NCBI GenBank assembly: GCA_963664435.2
Contig: CAXXKM010000003.1
Span: 96,001 to 160,000 of the forward strand
Reading direction: 5' to 3'
Length of the DNA: 64,000 bases
DNA from: Longimicrobiales bacterium
Lineage (GTDB): Bacteria > Gemmatimonadota > Gemmatimonadetes > Longimicrobiales > Gaopeijiaceae
The translations under genes were made by a program, and so were the position numbers. The notes under the pieces were generated by a model. That model made no database searches and was not told where the DNA came from. It was given only the letters and a program-made list of their open reading frames with translations. Positions 28,882-38,176 of the stretch are shown here, piece after piece. How positions within the stretch are numbered: the stretch's first letter is position 1; each line of letters begins with the position of its first letter.

Positions 28882-29253
28882 TTGAACGAACCGATCGCGC
28901 GGCGCGCGTACTATTCCATCGGTGAAGTGTGCGACCTCACCGGAATCCAGGCGCATGTGCTGCGCTACTGGGAGACGCGATTCGAGCTGCTTCGCCCCGT
29001 AAAGAACCAGGCCGGCAACCGGGTCTATCGTCCCCGGGAAGTCGAACTGGTGCTTCTGCTCAAGCGTCTCCTCTACGAAGACAAGTACACCGTGGAGGGC
29101 GCCCGCCAGGAGCTGGCTCGGATGCGCAGGACGGGGGGCCTCAAGAAAGCCCGCAAGTCGGCGCTCGCTCCCGAGCTTCGCGGCCAGCTCAAGAGCGATC
29201 TGGCGGAGTTGATGGACATCCTTTCGGTTTCCGGCCAGACCGGCGATTCCTGA
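28882..29253 (+). CDS. MerR-family HTH transcriptional regulator
   Basis: YYSIGEV...HVLRYWE..F..L.P.K...GNRVY. TTG start after GGAGGAG. Confidence 0.85.
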   Translation: MNEPIARRAYYSIGEVCDLTGIQAHVLRYWETRFELLRPVKNQAGNRVYRPREVELVLLLKRLLYEDKYTVEGARQELARMRRTGGLKKARKSALAPELRGQLKSDLAELMDILSVSGQTGDS

Positions 29254-29263
29254 CCGACAGCGC

Positions 29264-30010
29264 ATGCACATCCTGTGCACGAACGATGACGGCTACATGG
29301 CTCCGGGTCTGGCCGTCCTTCAGAGCGCCGCGCGACGACTCGGCTCGGTGCGTGTGGTGGCGCCCGACCGCGAGCAGAGCGCGACCAGCCACTCGCTCAC
29401 GCTGCATCTTCCGCTTCGCGCCCGGACGGGCCCCGGGGGCGTGTCCGTAGTCGACGGTACGCCCACGGACTGCGTCATCCTGGCGCTGAGCGCGCTTCTG
29501 GAGGAGCGCCCGACGGTCTGCTTCTCCGGGGTGAACCACGGGTCCAACATGGGAGAGGATGTCCTCTATTCGGGTACGGTGGCGGCCGCCATGGAAGCGA
29601 CCGTGCTCGGCATCCCGTCGGTCGCGGTGTCGTACGCCGGACGCGACCTGAGGGAAGGCCTCGGCTGGTCCGGACCTCTGTCCAGCCTCCTGGAGCAGGT
29701 GCTGGCCAAACCATTCCCCACCGACACCCTCTTCAACGTCAACCTCCCCCCGATTCCGCCGGCGGAGGCGAAGGGGGTGCGGGTCACCCGGCTGGGCCGC
29801 CGGAGGTACAGCGATTCGCTGATGCGCGGCCACGATCCGATGGGAAAGGAGTACTACTGGATCGGGGCGTCCACTCCGGCGTGGAGCGGCTCCGCGGATT
29901 CGGATTTTCGTGCCGTGGAGGAGGGCTACGTTTCGGTGACCCCGCTCCACCTCGACCTCACCAACTACAGGCTTCTCGAGGAGGTGCGGGCGTGGGATCT
30001 GATGATGTAG
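29264..30010 (+). CDS. surE: 5'/3'-nucleotidase SurE
   Basis: ILCTNDDG, VAPDREQS, GTPTDCV, SGVNHGSN, YSGTVAAA. Confidence 0.95.
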   Translation: MHILCTNDDGYMAPGLAVLQSAARRLGSVRVVAPDREQSATSHSLTLHLPLRARTGPGGVSVVDGTPTDCVILALSALLEERPTVCFSGVNHGSNMGEDVLYSGTVAAAMEATVLGIPSVAVSYAGRDLREGLGWSGPLSSLLEQVLAKPFPTDTLFNVNLPPIPPAEAKGVRVTRLGRRRYSDSLMRGHDPMGKEYYWIGASTPAWSGSADSDFRAVEEGYVSVTPLHLDLTNYRLLEEVRAWDLMM

Positions 30011-30029
30011 CGGTCGGGGGCCGCGCTCC

Positions 30030-30617
30030 ATGATACGCCGTCTCTACGACTGGGTGCTGAGCTGGGCCGGGACGCCGTACGGCGCCTGGGCGCTGGCGGT
30101 GCTCGCGCTGGCCGAGTCGTCCGTGTTCCCGATTCCGCCCGATCCGCTGCTTCTGGCGCTCTGCCTGGGGGCTCCGGCGGCATCCATGCGCTTCGCGGCG
30201 CTGACCACGGCGGCGTCGGTCATCGGCGGCGTGATCGGCTACGGCATCGGGGCGGGCGCGTGGCACCTCTTCGACCAGTTCTTCTTCAACCATGTCCCCG
30301 GCGTGTCGCCGGAGAGCTTCGCGCGCGTGCAGGAGCTGTACGGGCGCTACGACTTCTGGGTGATCTTCCTGGCGGGCCTGACCCCGTTGCCGTACAAGGT
30401 GTTCACGCTCTCGGCCGGGGTCTTCGCCATCGACTTCCCGGTGTTCGTGCTGGCCAGCTGCGTCTCGCGGGGATTGCGCTTCTTCGTGCTGGGAGGTCTG
30501 GTCTACCGATGGGGCTCCGCGTTGAGAGACGCGATCGATCGCCATTTCAACACCTTCACCTGGATCTTCGGCATTCTGCTCGTGGCGGGCTTCGCGGCGG
30601 TGGCGTTGCTCCGCTGA
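30030..30617 (+). CDS. YqaA/DedA (VTT-domain) membrane protein
   Basis: AESSVFPIPPD, TPLPYKVFT, SRGLRF. Follows surE. Confidence 0.85.
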   Translation: MIRRLYDWVLSWAGTPYGAWALAVLALAESSVFPIPPDPLLLALCLGAPAASMRFAALTTAASVIGGVIGYGIGAGAWHLFDQFFFNHVPGVSPESFARVQELYGRYDFWVIFLAGLTPLPYKVFTLSAGVFAIDFPVFVLASCVSRGLRFFVLGGLVYRWGSALRDAIDRHFNTFTWIFGILLVAGFAAVALLR

Positions 30618-30635
30618 AGCGGACGGCGGTAGAAT
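30606..30635 (+). promoter_or_regulatory. Putative sigma70 promoter for tRNA-Arg
   Basis: TTGCTC (30606-11), 18-bp spacer, TAGAAT (30630-35), ending 11 bp before the tRNA. Confidence 0.5.
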
Positions 30636-30646
30636 GGGGTTCGCGC

Positions 30647-30720
30647 GCCTCCGTAGCTCAGGTGGACAGAGCACCGGATTCCTAATCCGGGGGCCGCAGG
30701 TTCGAGTCCTGCCGGGGGCA
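30647..30720 (+). tRNA. tRNA-Arg(CCT)
   Basis: Acceptor GCCTCCG/CGGGGGC, anticodon arm CCGGA-TTCCTAA-TCCGG, T-arm GCAGG-TTCGAGT-CCTGC. CCA not encoded. Confidence 0.96.
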
Positions 30721-30776
30721 CTTCGAGAGGTCGCGGGCCGCAGGAGGCGGCCTGTCTTCACGTTCCGTCATCCGAG

Positions 30777-32693
30777 GTGAACCAGATGATTTCCTTCGCT
30801 CATGCGCTCGTACTGGCCGCAGCGGTTCAGGCCGCGCCGGATCGCGTGGAAGTGCTCCCCGCCAGCGCGGAAGTCGCCGTCGACGCCGCGCTCACGCTCA
30901 CCGCCCGCGTCCTGGACGCCGAGGGAGTGGTGATCGACGGCGCTGCCGTCACCTGGGTGTCCGTTACCCCCGAACTGCTGTCGGTGGATGAATCCGGGCG
31001 TGTGACCGGACTGCGCCCCGGGAAGGGCCAGGTGGCCGCCATGGTCGGAGGCACGGTGGCGGGGTTCGCCGATCTGACCGTGCCGCAGCTGGGGGCCGCC
31101 ACCCTGGAGGTGGCCGTGTCCGGTTCGATCATCGCGGGGACCAGCGCGCCGCTCCTGCTGGCGGCCACCACCCGGCTGGGAGAGGCGCTGGACGCGCCGG
31201 TGGCATCCTTCACCTCCGGCGCGCCCGCGGTGGCCAGCGTGGACGCGCTGGGGCGCGTGTACGGCCTGACCCCCGGGAACGCGACCATCACGGTCCGGTC
31301 CGGTGAGGCCGAGGAGGCGGTGGAGGTCACCGTGGAGGCCGACCCGGGGTTCGCGTATGCGCTCGAGCCCGCGGCGTCCACGGTGCGCACCGGCGACGTG
31401 GTGCGCTTCCGGGCGGCCGCGAACCTTCCCTCGGGCGCCGGCGGGCCCGAGCTGATGCCGGCCTGGACGGTGGCGGGGGTGGGGGCCCAGATCGACGCCG
31501 ACGGCGCGGAGGGCGTGTTCGTCGCCGAGGACCCGGGGCGCTACGTCGTCTACGCGGTGATCGGAGAGGGAGTGGTGCGCACCGCCAGTGTGGAGGTGAC
31601 CGAGCGAATCTCCGATTCGGAGCTGATCCAGGTGGGGCGGGGGCCGATCTCGTCGCACCACTCCGGTGACATGTGGGCGTTCGAGGGCGTGGACGGGCGC
31701 GACTATGTGTACGTGGGCACGTTCATGCACGACTGGATGAAGGTGTGGGACGTCACCGACAGCGGCGCGCCGGTGCTCACGGACTCGATCCAGCTGGACG
31801 CGCGCCGCATCAACGACGTCAAGATCCACCCCAACAACCGCGTCGGGATCGTCACCCGCGAGGGAGCCTCCAACCGCCGCAACGGCATGGTCATGCTCGA
31901 CCTCGCAAACCCGGCCCACCCGGAGATCGTTTCCCGTTACGACGAGACGCTCACCGGAGGGGTGCACAACGTGTGGATCCTGGGCGACGAGAACCTCGTC
32001 TACGCCTGCCACAACGGCACCTCCGACATGCACATCATCGACATCTCCGACCCGGCCAACCCGGTCGAGGTGGGCCGCTGGGGGCTCGACAAGCAGGGCA
32101 AGACGCTGCACGACGTCATCGTGCAGGACGGCTACGCCTACCTCTCCTACTGGAACGACGGCGTGATCATGCTGGATGTCGGAGCCGGAACCCACGACGG
32201 CACCGCGCGCGAGCCGGCCTTCGTGAGCCAGTTCAAGTATCCGATCGGCAACACCCACGTGGCGTGGCGCCACGGCCGCTATCTCTATCTCGGTGACGAG
32301 ATCTTCCCGCCGGGGTGGGATTCCGAGCGGCCCATCGAGGCGCGCGGCTTCATTCACGTGGTGGACTACTCCGACATCGAGAACCCGGTCGAGGTGGCGT
32401 GGTACGAGGTGCCCGAGGCGGGGGTGCACAACGTCTGGGCCGAGGGCGACCGTCTCTACCTGGGATACTACCAGGCGGGGCTGCGCGTCCTGGACATCTC
32501 GGGCGAGCTGCGCGGCAACCTCTACGAGCAGGGCAGGGAGGTCGCGGCCTTTGTGCCCCGGGACGACGACATGGTGGTGCCCAACTGGCCCATGACCTGG
32601 GGAGCCCAGATCTTCAAGGGCCGCATCTACTCGTCGGATCTGAATTCCGGGATCTGGATCACCGAGCTGAGGCCGAAGCGGGTGGTGTTCTGA
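30777..32693 (+). CDS. Secreted protein with Ig-like (Big_2) domains and LVIVD-repeat beta-propeller
   Basis: Signal peptide. Big_2-like motifs (VTWVS...SVDESGRVTG; VASVDALGRVYG.TPG.ATITV). LVIVD repeats (IIDISDPANPVEVG, VVDYSDIENPVEV, LRVLDIS). Confidence 0.8.
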   Translation: MNQMISFAHALVLAAAVQAAPDRVEVLPASAEVAVDAALTLTARVLDAEGVVIDGAAVTWVSVTPELLSVDESGRVTGLRPGKGQVAAMVGGTVAGFADLTVPQLGAATLEVAVSGSIIAGTSAPLLLAATTRLGEALDAPVASFTSGAPAVASVDALGRVYGLTPGNATITVRSGEAEEAVEVTVEADPGFAYALEPAASTVRTGDVVRFRAAANLPSGAGGPELMPAWTVAGVGAQIDADGAEGVFVAEDPGRYVVYAVIGEGVVRTASVEVTERISDSELIQVGRGPISSHHSGDMWAFEGVDGRDYVYVGTFMHDWMKVWDVTDSGAPVLTDSIQLDARRINDVKIHPNNRVGIVTREGASNRRNGMVMLDLANPAHPEIVSRYDETLTGGVHNVWILGDENLVYACHNGTSDMHIIDISDPANPVEVGRWGLDKQGKTLHDVIVQDGYAYLSYWNDGVIMLDVGAGTHDGTAREPAFVSQFKYPIGNTHVAWRHGRYLYLGDEIFPPGWDSERPIEARGFIHVVDYSDIENPVEVAWYEVPEAGVHNVWAEGDRLYLGYYQAGLRVLDISGELRGNLYEQGREVAAFVPRDDDMVVPNWPMTWGAQIFKGRIYSSDLNSGIWITELRPKRVVF

Positions 32694-32751
32694 GGGGGTG
32701 ATTCCGCGCCTCTTTTGTTCGCCACTTTCGGCCTGACTTGGCCAACAAACG

Positions 32752-33129
32752 CTAACCGCGCAGAAGGGCCACGAGCACCAGCAGCCATCCGGCGATGAGC
32801 AGCACCCCGCCGATCGGCGTGATGGCGCCGAGCCAGCGGGGCCCGGTCAGAACCAGCAGGTAGAGGCTGCCGGAAAACACCACCGTTCCGGTCACCATCA
32901 GCCATCCTCCCCAGCCGGTCAGCGGACCGGCGAGGCGGGTGGCCAGCCACGCAACTCCGAGCAGGGCGAGCGCGTGGTACATCTGGTAGCGCACCGCCGT
33001 CTCGAAGATCTCCAGGTCCCGGGCCTCCAGGCGCTCGCGCAGAGCGTGGGCCCCGAACGCGCCCAGCGCAACCGCCAGGAGCGCCAGCGTGGCCCCGCTC
33101 GCTGCCAGGGCGCGCGCCAGCGCGGTCAC
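32752..33129 (-). CDS. DUF423 membrane protein
   Basis: LGAFGAH, FETAVRYQMYHAL, FSGSLY, GAITPIGG. Confidence 0.88.
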   Translation of the reverse strand: MTALARALAASGATLALLAVALGAFGAHALRERLEARDLEIFETAVRYQMYHALALLGVAWLATRLAGPLTGWGGWLMVTGTVVFSGSLYLLVLTGPRWLGAITPIGGVLLIAGWLLVLVALLRG

Positions 33130-33210
33130 CTTGCAGCCTCCTTCTTCACCGGTGCCGGCCGTTCCGGGACCATCCCGGTCATCGGCATGCCCGTGATCCA
33201 GGCGCTCCCC

Positions 33211-34986
33211 TCAGTACGCAATGGCGTAGGCCTCCCTCCTCGGGTCGGAAGCGGCGGTAAGGGTGCCGTCGCGGTCCCGGAGGATCATGTGGGCGCCCCC
33301 GAAGGTGGCCGTCCACCCGTGCACGATCTCGATCTGATGGCCCAACGCCTCGAGTTCTTCCAGGACGGACGCGCCGACGCGATCCTCGAAGGCCACTCCG
33401 AGTCCGTTGTAGCTGCGGAAGCGGGCCGCTTCGATGGCTGCCTGGGGCGTCATCCCGAACAGTACCATGTTGTTGACGATCTGGATCAGGCTCTGCGGCT
33501 GGCTGTCGCCCCCGGGCGTGCCCAGGGTGAAGGCGAAGCTTCCGTCGCTGCGGAGCGCCATCATCGGCGACAGGGTGTGATAGGGCCGTTTGCCGGGCGC
33601 GATGATGTTGGGATGGCCCGCCTGGAGATTGAAGAGGGCGCCCCGGTTGTGTAGCACGATCCCCGTTTCGGGCTCGAGCAGACCTGACCCGAAGCCGGCG
33701 AACAGGCTCTGGATCCAGCTGACCGCGTTGCCCCACTGGTCCACGGCGGTCAGGTATACGGTGTCGCCGGAGTCGTCCCGGGACGCTCCGCCACCCGCGG
33801 CCATCTCCGCGCCCACGCCCGCCGCGCGCGCCTCCGCTGCGGCACCCGCGTCCACCATGCCCGCGCGCCGGGCCAGGTAGTCGGGGTCGAGCAGGCGATC
33901 CAGCGGGATGTCGCTGAATGCCGGGTCGGCGGCCCACTGGTCGCGGTCGGCGAAGGCCAGCTTCTTCATCTCGATGAGGGTGTGGAGATAGCCGGCGGTG
34001 TTGTGGCCCAACTCCTTCATGTCGAACGACTTCGCCATTTCGAACAGCTGCAGCTGGGCGATGCCCTGGGTGTTGGGCGGCATCACCAGCATGGTGTGAT
34101 CCTCGTAGTCGCCCCGCAGCGGCTCCACCCAGGTGGTAGTGTGCGCCGCCAGGTCCGGAGTTCGCACGTAGCCGCCCTCCGCCTCCAGGAAGGCGCCGAT
34201 GCGGTCGGCTACGAAGCCCTGGTAGAAGCCGTCCCGACCGTCGGCGGCGACGCGCTCCAGGGTGGCGGCCAGTTCCGGGTTCCGGAGCAGGCTGCCCACC
34301 GGCGGCGGCGCCCCGCCCGGCAGGTAGAGCGCCCGCGCGTGGTCGTTCAGCGACCGCGAAGAGCCCGCGATGTCGCTGGCGAGCCGCGTGGAGACGGGGA
34401 AGCCGTCGCGGGCGTAGCCGATGGCGGGCGCCAGCAACTCTGCCAGCGGCCGGGTGCCGAAGCGGTCCAGGGCATCCACCCAGGCCGCCACCGCGCCGGG
34501 AACCGAGACCGAGAGGGGGCCGTTGCCGGGCACCCGGTCGAGTTCGCGTTCGGCGAAAAGGGCGGGGGTGGCCAGCGCGCCGGCGCGACCGCTTCCGTTC
34601 ATCGCGTACACGCGCCCGCTTTCAGCCTCATGGTAGATCATGAAAGCGTCACCGCCGACACCGTTCATGTGCGGACGCACCACGGCCAGCACCCCCGCCA
34701 TGGCGATTGCCGCGTCGATGGCGTTGCCGCCCCGGCGCAGCACCTCGTGGCCCGCGGCGGCGGCAAGCGGATGGCCGGCGGACACGGCCGCGGTGACGCC
34801 GCGCACGTCGGGACGGTTGGTGGCGGGGAAGACCACCTCCGCTGAACTCTGTCCGGCCGTGCTGGCCTGAGCCGGCGCTTCCGCGGTCTCGCACGCGGTC
34901 GTGGCCAGAAGGGCGCTGATGGCCAGGGTGACGGCCGTGACTGTGCCCGCGGTGCGACGTGGGGCTCGAGCGGGAGCTTCGCGCAT
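33211..34986 (-). CDS. ggt: Gamma-glutamyltransferase (probable lipoprotein)
   Basis: GGNAIDAA, GVGGDAF, nucleophile motif GDTVYL, PGKRPYHTL, GTPGGDSQPQ, SDPRRE. Lipobox-like ATTAC. ATG 34986; the longer ORF only runs through the 48-bp repeat. Confidence 0.9.
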   Translation of the reverse strand: MREAPARAPRRTAGTVTAVTLAISALLATTACETAEAPAQASTAGQSSAEVVFPATNRPDVRGVTAAVSAGHPLAAAAGHEVLRRGGNAIDAAIAMAGVLAVVRPHMNGVGGDAFMIYHEAESGRVYAMNGSGRAGALATPALFAERELDRVPGNGPLSVSVPGAVAAWVDALDRFGTRPLAELLAPAIGYARDGFPVSTRLASDIAGSSRSLNDHARALYLPGGAPPPVGSLLRNPELAATLERVAADGRDGFYQGFVADRIGAFLEAEGGYVRTPDLAAHTTTWVEPLRGDYEDHTMLVMPPNTQGIAQLQLFEMAKSFDMKELGHNTAGYLHTLIEMKKLAFADRDQWAADPAFSDIPLDRLLDPDYLARRAGMVDAGAAAEARAAGVGAEMAAGGGASRDDSGDTVYLTAVDQWGNAVSWIQSLFAGFGSGLLEPETGIVLHNRGALFNLQAGHPNIIAPGKRPYHTLSPMMALRSDGSFAFTLGTPGGDSQPQSLIQIVNNMVLFGMTPQAAIEAARFRSYNGLGVAFEDRVGASVLEELEALGHQIEIVHGWTATFGGAHMILRDRDGTLTAASDPRREAYAIAY

Positions 34987-35094
34987 GAGTGACGCTCCTG
35001 GATTCCAGTTGATGGTTGGCTTGCAGAAGAGGGGAATGTCCCTGTCGTTCTCCGTGTGCAGGATGCTACCGCGAGACGGGCGCGCGCCAGCCCC

Positions 35095-35286
35095 GCGGCC
35101 ATCAGGCACGACGCCACGTCCGGCCCTGCACCCGCCGGCCTTGCGGCCATCAGGCACGACGCCACGTCCGGCCCTGCACCCGCCGGCCTTGCGGCCATCA
35201 GGCACGACGCCACGTCCGGCCCTGCACCCGCCAGCCCTGCGGCCATCAGGCAAGACGCCGTGCCCGGCCCTGCACCCGCCGGCGCC
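35095..35286. repeat. Four tandem copies of a 48-bp unit
   Basis: GCGGCCATCAGGCACGACGCCACGTCCGGCCCTGCACCCGCCGGCCTT at 35095, 35143 (identical), 35191 (2 changes) and 35239 (about 7 changes). No spacers. Confidence 0.95.
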
Positions 35287-35380
35287 GCGCGCCCCCGGGG
35301 CCGTGAGCGGAGAGCAGCGGCTGGCCGCCGGGCCGAGCGGGCGGCTGGTGCGGACACCCGGTCGCGGACAGGTTCAGGTC

Positions 35381-36772
35381 ATGACGAACAAGCGGGGACT
35401 CGGGGTTTGGATGTGCACCTCCCTGGTGGCGGGGAGCATGATCGGCTCGGGCATCTTCCTTCTCCCGGCCTCGCTGGCCCCGTTCGGGGGCATCAGCATC
35501 GTGGGGTGGCTGGTCAGCGCCGGAGGAGCGATGTGTCTGGCGCTGGTCCTCGCCCGGCTCGGGGCCACGTTGCCGAAGGTCGGCGGGCCCTACGCGTACG
35601 GCCGCGAGGGGTTCGGCGATTTCGTGGGGTTCTGGATCGCATGGTCCTACTGGATTTCGCTGCTGGCGGGCAACGCGGCCCTGGCGGTCGCCACCGCGAG
35701 CTACGCCACCGTCTTCTGGCCGGTGCTCGCGGCCTCGCCGGCCGCGGGCCTGGCCATGGCGCTGGCCGTCCTGTGGACGCTCGCGCTGGTCAACGCGCAC
35801 GGCGTGCGCACGGCGGGGCTGGTCCAGCTCGTGACCACCGTGCTCAAACTGTTGCCGCTGGCGGCGATCGGAACCGTCGGGTTCGTCTACTTCCAGGCCG
35901 ACCACTTCCAACCGTTCAACCCCGCCGGAGAGAGCCCGTTCAACGCCGTAACGGCGACAGTCGCGCTCACCCTGTGGGCGTTTCTGGGGCTGGAGGCCGG
36001 AACGGTTCCCGCGGGCGACGTGCGCGACCCGGCTCGCACGATCCCGAAGGCCACGATCCTGGGCACGTCGATCGCCGCGGTCGTCTACATTGCGTGCACC
36101 GCCGCCGTCATGGGCATCATCGCGCCCGCGGAGCTTGCGTCGTCCACGGCGCCGTTCGCCGACGCGGCCGACTCCATCTGGGGGACCTGGGGGCGATGGA
36201 TCATCGGTGCGGGGGCCACCATCTCCTGCTTCGGCGCCCTCAACGGCTGGGTTCTGCTGACCGGCCAGATCCCGCGCGCCGCCGCCCTCGACGGCCTGCT
36301 CCCGGCGCGCTTTGCACACCTGAGCTCACGTGGCACGCCGGTCGCGGGGATCTTCCTTTCGGCAGCCCTCGCGACGATCCTCATCGCCATGAACTATACC
36401 AGGGGCCTGGTGCAGGCCTTCACCTTCCTCATCCTGCTGGCCACCCTGGCGACGCTGCTGCCCTACGTCTTCACGAGCATGACGGGACTCATGATGGCTC
36501 TTCGCGAGCGCGCCAGGTCACGAATTCATGGCCGCGCGGCCACCGGGCCTCTGGCGCGGGCGATCGTGAGCGTGCTGGCGTTCGGGTTCTCGCTGTGGGC
36601 GGTGGTGGGCGCGGGCGCCGAAACCGTGTTCTGGGGCTTCCTCATGCTGCTGGCCGGGGTCCCGGTCTTCGCCGCGATGCGGTGGCGGCGGGACGGCTCG
36701 TCCGGGAGAGGGTCGGCCTCCGGAGGTGGATCGGGGACGCCGGGTGACCGAGCGGCGGAAGAATGGCGATGA
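35381..36772 (+). CDS. APC-family amino acid permease (AdiC/ArcD/PotE-like antiporter)
   Basis: MIGSGIFLLPASLA, GGPYAY, LWAFLGLE, about 12 TM helices. Confidence 0.88.
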   Translation: MTNKRGLGVWMCTSLVAGSMIGSGIFLLPASLAPFGGISIVGWLVSAGGAMCLALVLARLGATLPKVGGPYAYGREGFGDFVGFWIAWSYWISLLAGNAALAVATASYATVFWPVLAASPAAGLAMALAVLWTLALVNAHGVRTAGLVQLVTTVLKLLPLAAIGTVGFVYFQADHFQPFNPAGESPFNAVTATVALTLWAFLGLEAGTVPAGDVRDPARTIPKATILGTSIAAVVYIACTAAVMGIIAPAELASSTAPFADAADSIWGTWGRWIIGAGATISCFGALNGWVLLTGQIPRAAALDGLLPARFAHLSSRGTPVAGIFLSAALATILIAMNYTRGLVQAFTFLILLATLATLLPYVFTSMTGLMMALRERARSRIHGRAATGPLARAIVSVLAFGFSLWAVVGAGAETVFWGFLMLLAGVPVFAAMRWRRDGSSGRGSASGGGSGTPGDRAAEEWR

Positions 36773-37686
36773 GCCCCGGACCGGGGGCCGGGCCGGCAGA
36801 CGAGTCTCCGGGGACGGGCAGCTTCGGCGTGGCGAGCATGACGGATCCGCTCCGGCGGGTCGCGATGCGCCGTCCGGGCCCGGCCACGCGCGAAGCCGAT
36901 CCGGCGCTCTGGCACTACGCAGGACCGCTGGATGCGGACCGCCTGACGCGCCAGTACGACGCGTTCACGGCCGTCGTCGCCGAGTCGGGGGCGGAGATCG
37001 AGTGGATGCCCGAAGCCGACGACGGCCTCGCCGACTCGATCTTCGTCTTCGATCCCTCCTTCATGACCCCCGCAGGCGCCATCCTGCTCCGCCCCGGCAA
37101 GTCCCTCCGGCGCCCCGAAGTAGCGCTTCACGAAGCACTCTTCCGGCAGCTGGGCGTGCCCGTCGTCGGAAGGGTGGCGCCTCCGGGCATGGCGGAGGGG
37201 GGCGACCTCCTGTGGATCGACGACACCACGCTCGTCGCGGCGCGCTCGTTCCGCACCAATCAAGCCGGAATCGATCGACTTCGCGGCATCCTGGAGCCCC
37301 TCGGCGTCCGGATTCTGGCGTTCGATCTTCCCGTGTGGCAGGGCCGCGCCGCCTGCCTGCACCTCCTCTCGATCATCAGCCCGCTGGATCGCGATCTGGC
37401 GCTGGTCTACCCGCGCCTCCTGCCCGTGGCGCTGCGCGAGCTGCTGCGGGAGAGGGGCATCCGGTGCCTGGCGGCGAGCGACGAGGAGTTCGAGGCATCG
37501 AACGGGCTGAACCTGAACGTGCTCTCGGTGGCGCCACGGAACTGCATCGCGGTCGACGGATTCCCGCATACGGTGGGATTGATGCGCGATGCCGGGTGCC
37601 GGGTGGCATGCTTCGAAGCGGATGCCCTCTGCATCCCGTGCGAAGGCGGGCCGACATGCCTTACCCTGCCTCTGTGGCGGGCGTAG
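36763..37686 (+). CDS. Amidinotransferase/pentein hydrolase (DDAH/arginine-deiminase family)
   Basis: DSIFVFDP, AEGGD, RTN, C-terminal GGPTCLTLPL catalytic Cys motif. Overlaps the permease stop. Confidence 0.85.
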   Translation: MAMSPGPGAGPADESPGTGSFGVASMTDPLRRVAMRRPGPATREADPALWHYAGPLDADRLTRQYDAFTAVVAESGAEIEWMPEADDGLADSIFVFDPSFMTPAGAILLRPGKSLRRPEVALHEALFRQLGVPVVGRVAPPGMAEGGDLLWIDDTTLVAARSFRTNQAGIDRLRGILEPLGVRILAFDLPVWQGRAACLHLLSIISPLDRDLALVYPRLLPVALRELLRERGIRCLAASDEEFEASNGLNLNVLSVAPRNCIAVDGFPHTVGLMRDAGCRVACFEADALCIPCEGGPTCLTLPLWRA

Positions 37687-37851
37687 GCCCGCGCTACCGC
37701 AGTGCTCGGCTTCGAGTACGGCTGGGGCGACCGTCCTGAGAGCCACCGTGTGGCCTGAGGGTTTGTGCAACACCGACGCGGCGATTCCGTACTGGATTAC
37801 CGGACGGATTCGGATTCCATCACTTCGCGACACCGCTATGGAGGCGGGCCA

Positions 37852-38151
37852 ATGGACTGGGAAGCTCTCGTCGCCCTGGTAGTTCCTACCGTATTCATCG
37901 TCACGGTCGGGGGCGTAATCGTGCTGCGGCCCATCGCCAAGCGCTTCGGCACGCTGCTCGATGCGATGGCTCGGGAGAGGTCCGGCGCTCCCCCGGAGGA
38001 GATCCGCCGCCTGGGCGAGGCGGTCGCAACCGTGAACGATCGGCTGACGCTGCTGGAGGAGCGTCTGGATTTCACCGAGCGGCTGATCGGCCCACGCGCA
38101 TCCGGCGGCACCGGTCCCGCCGGGGGCGAAGGAAAGCCGCCAGGCTATTAG
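37852..38151 (+). CDS. Small single-TM, coiled-coil protein of unknown function
   Basis: GGAGG before ATG 37852. TM helix then RPIAKR and LEERLDFTERLI. Confidence 0.7.
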   Translation: MDWEALVALVVPTVFIVTVGGVIVLRPIAKRFGTLLDAMARERSGAPPEEIRRLGEAVATVNDRLTLLEERLDFTERLIGPRASGGTGPAGGEGKPPGY

Positions 38152-38176
38152 CCAAGCAAAGCTAAGCTAGCCTAAG

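Noticed and set aside
35095..35286. 48-bp repeats as a CRISPR array
   Set aside because: Units are contiguous with no unique spacers, and there are no cas genes in the window.
34987..35380. Repeat-encoded N-terminal extensions of GGT (VPDGRKAGGCRAGRGV) or of the permease
   Set aside because: Both proteins have sensible starts outside the array, and GGT's signal peptide must be N-terminal.
37751..37770. Sigma54 -24/-12 promoter upstream of the small TM gene
   Set aside because: GG-to-GC spacing does not fit GG-N10-GC.
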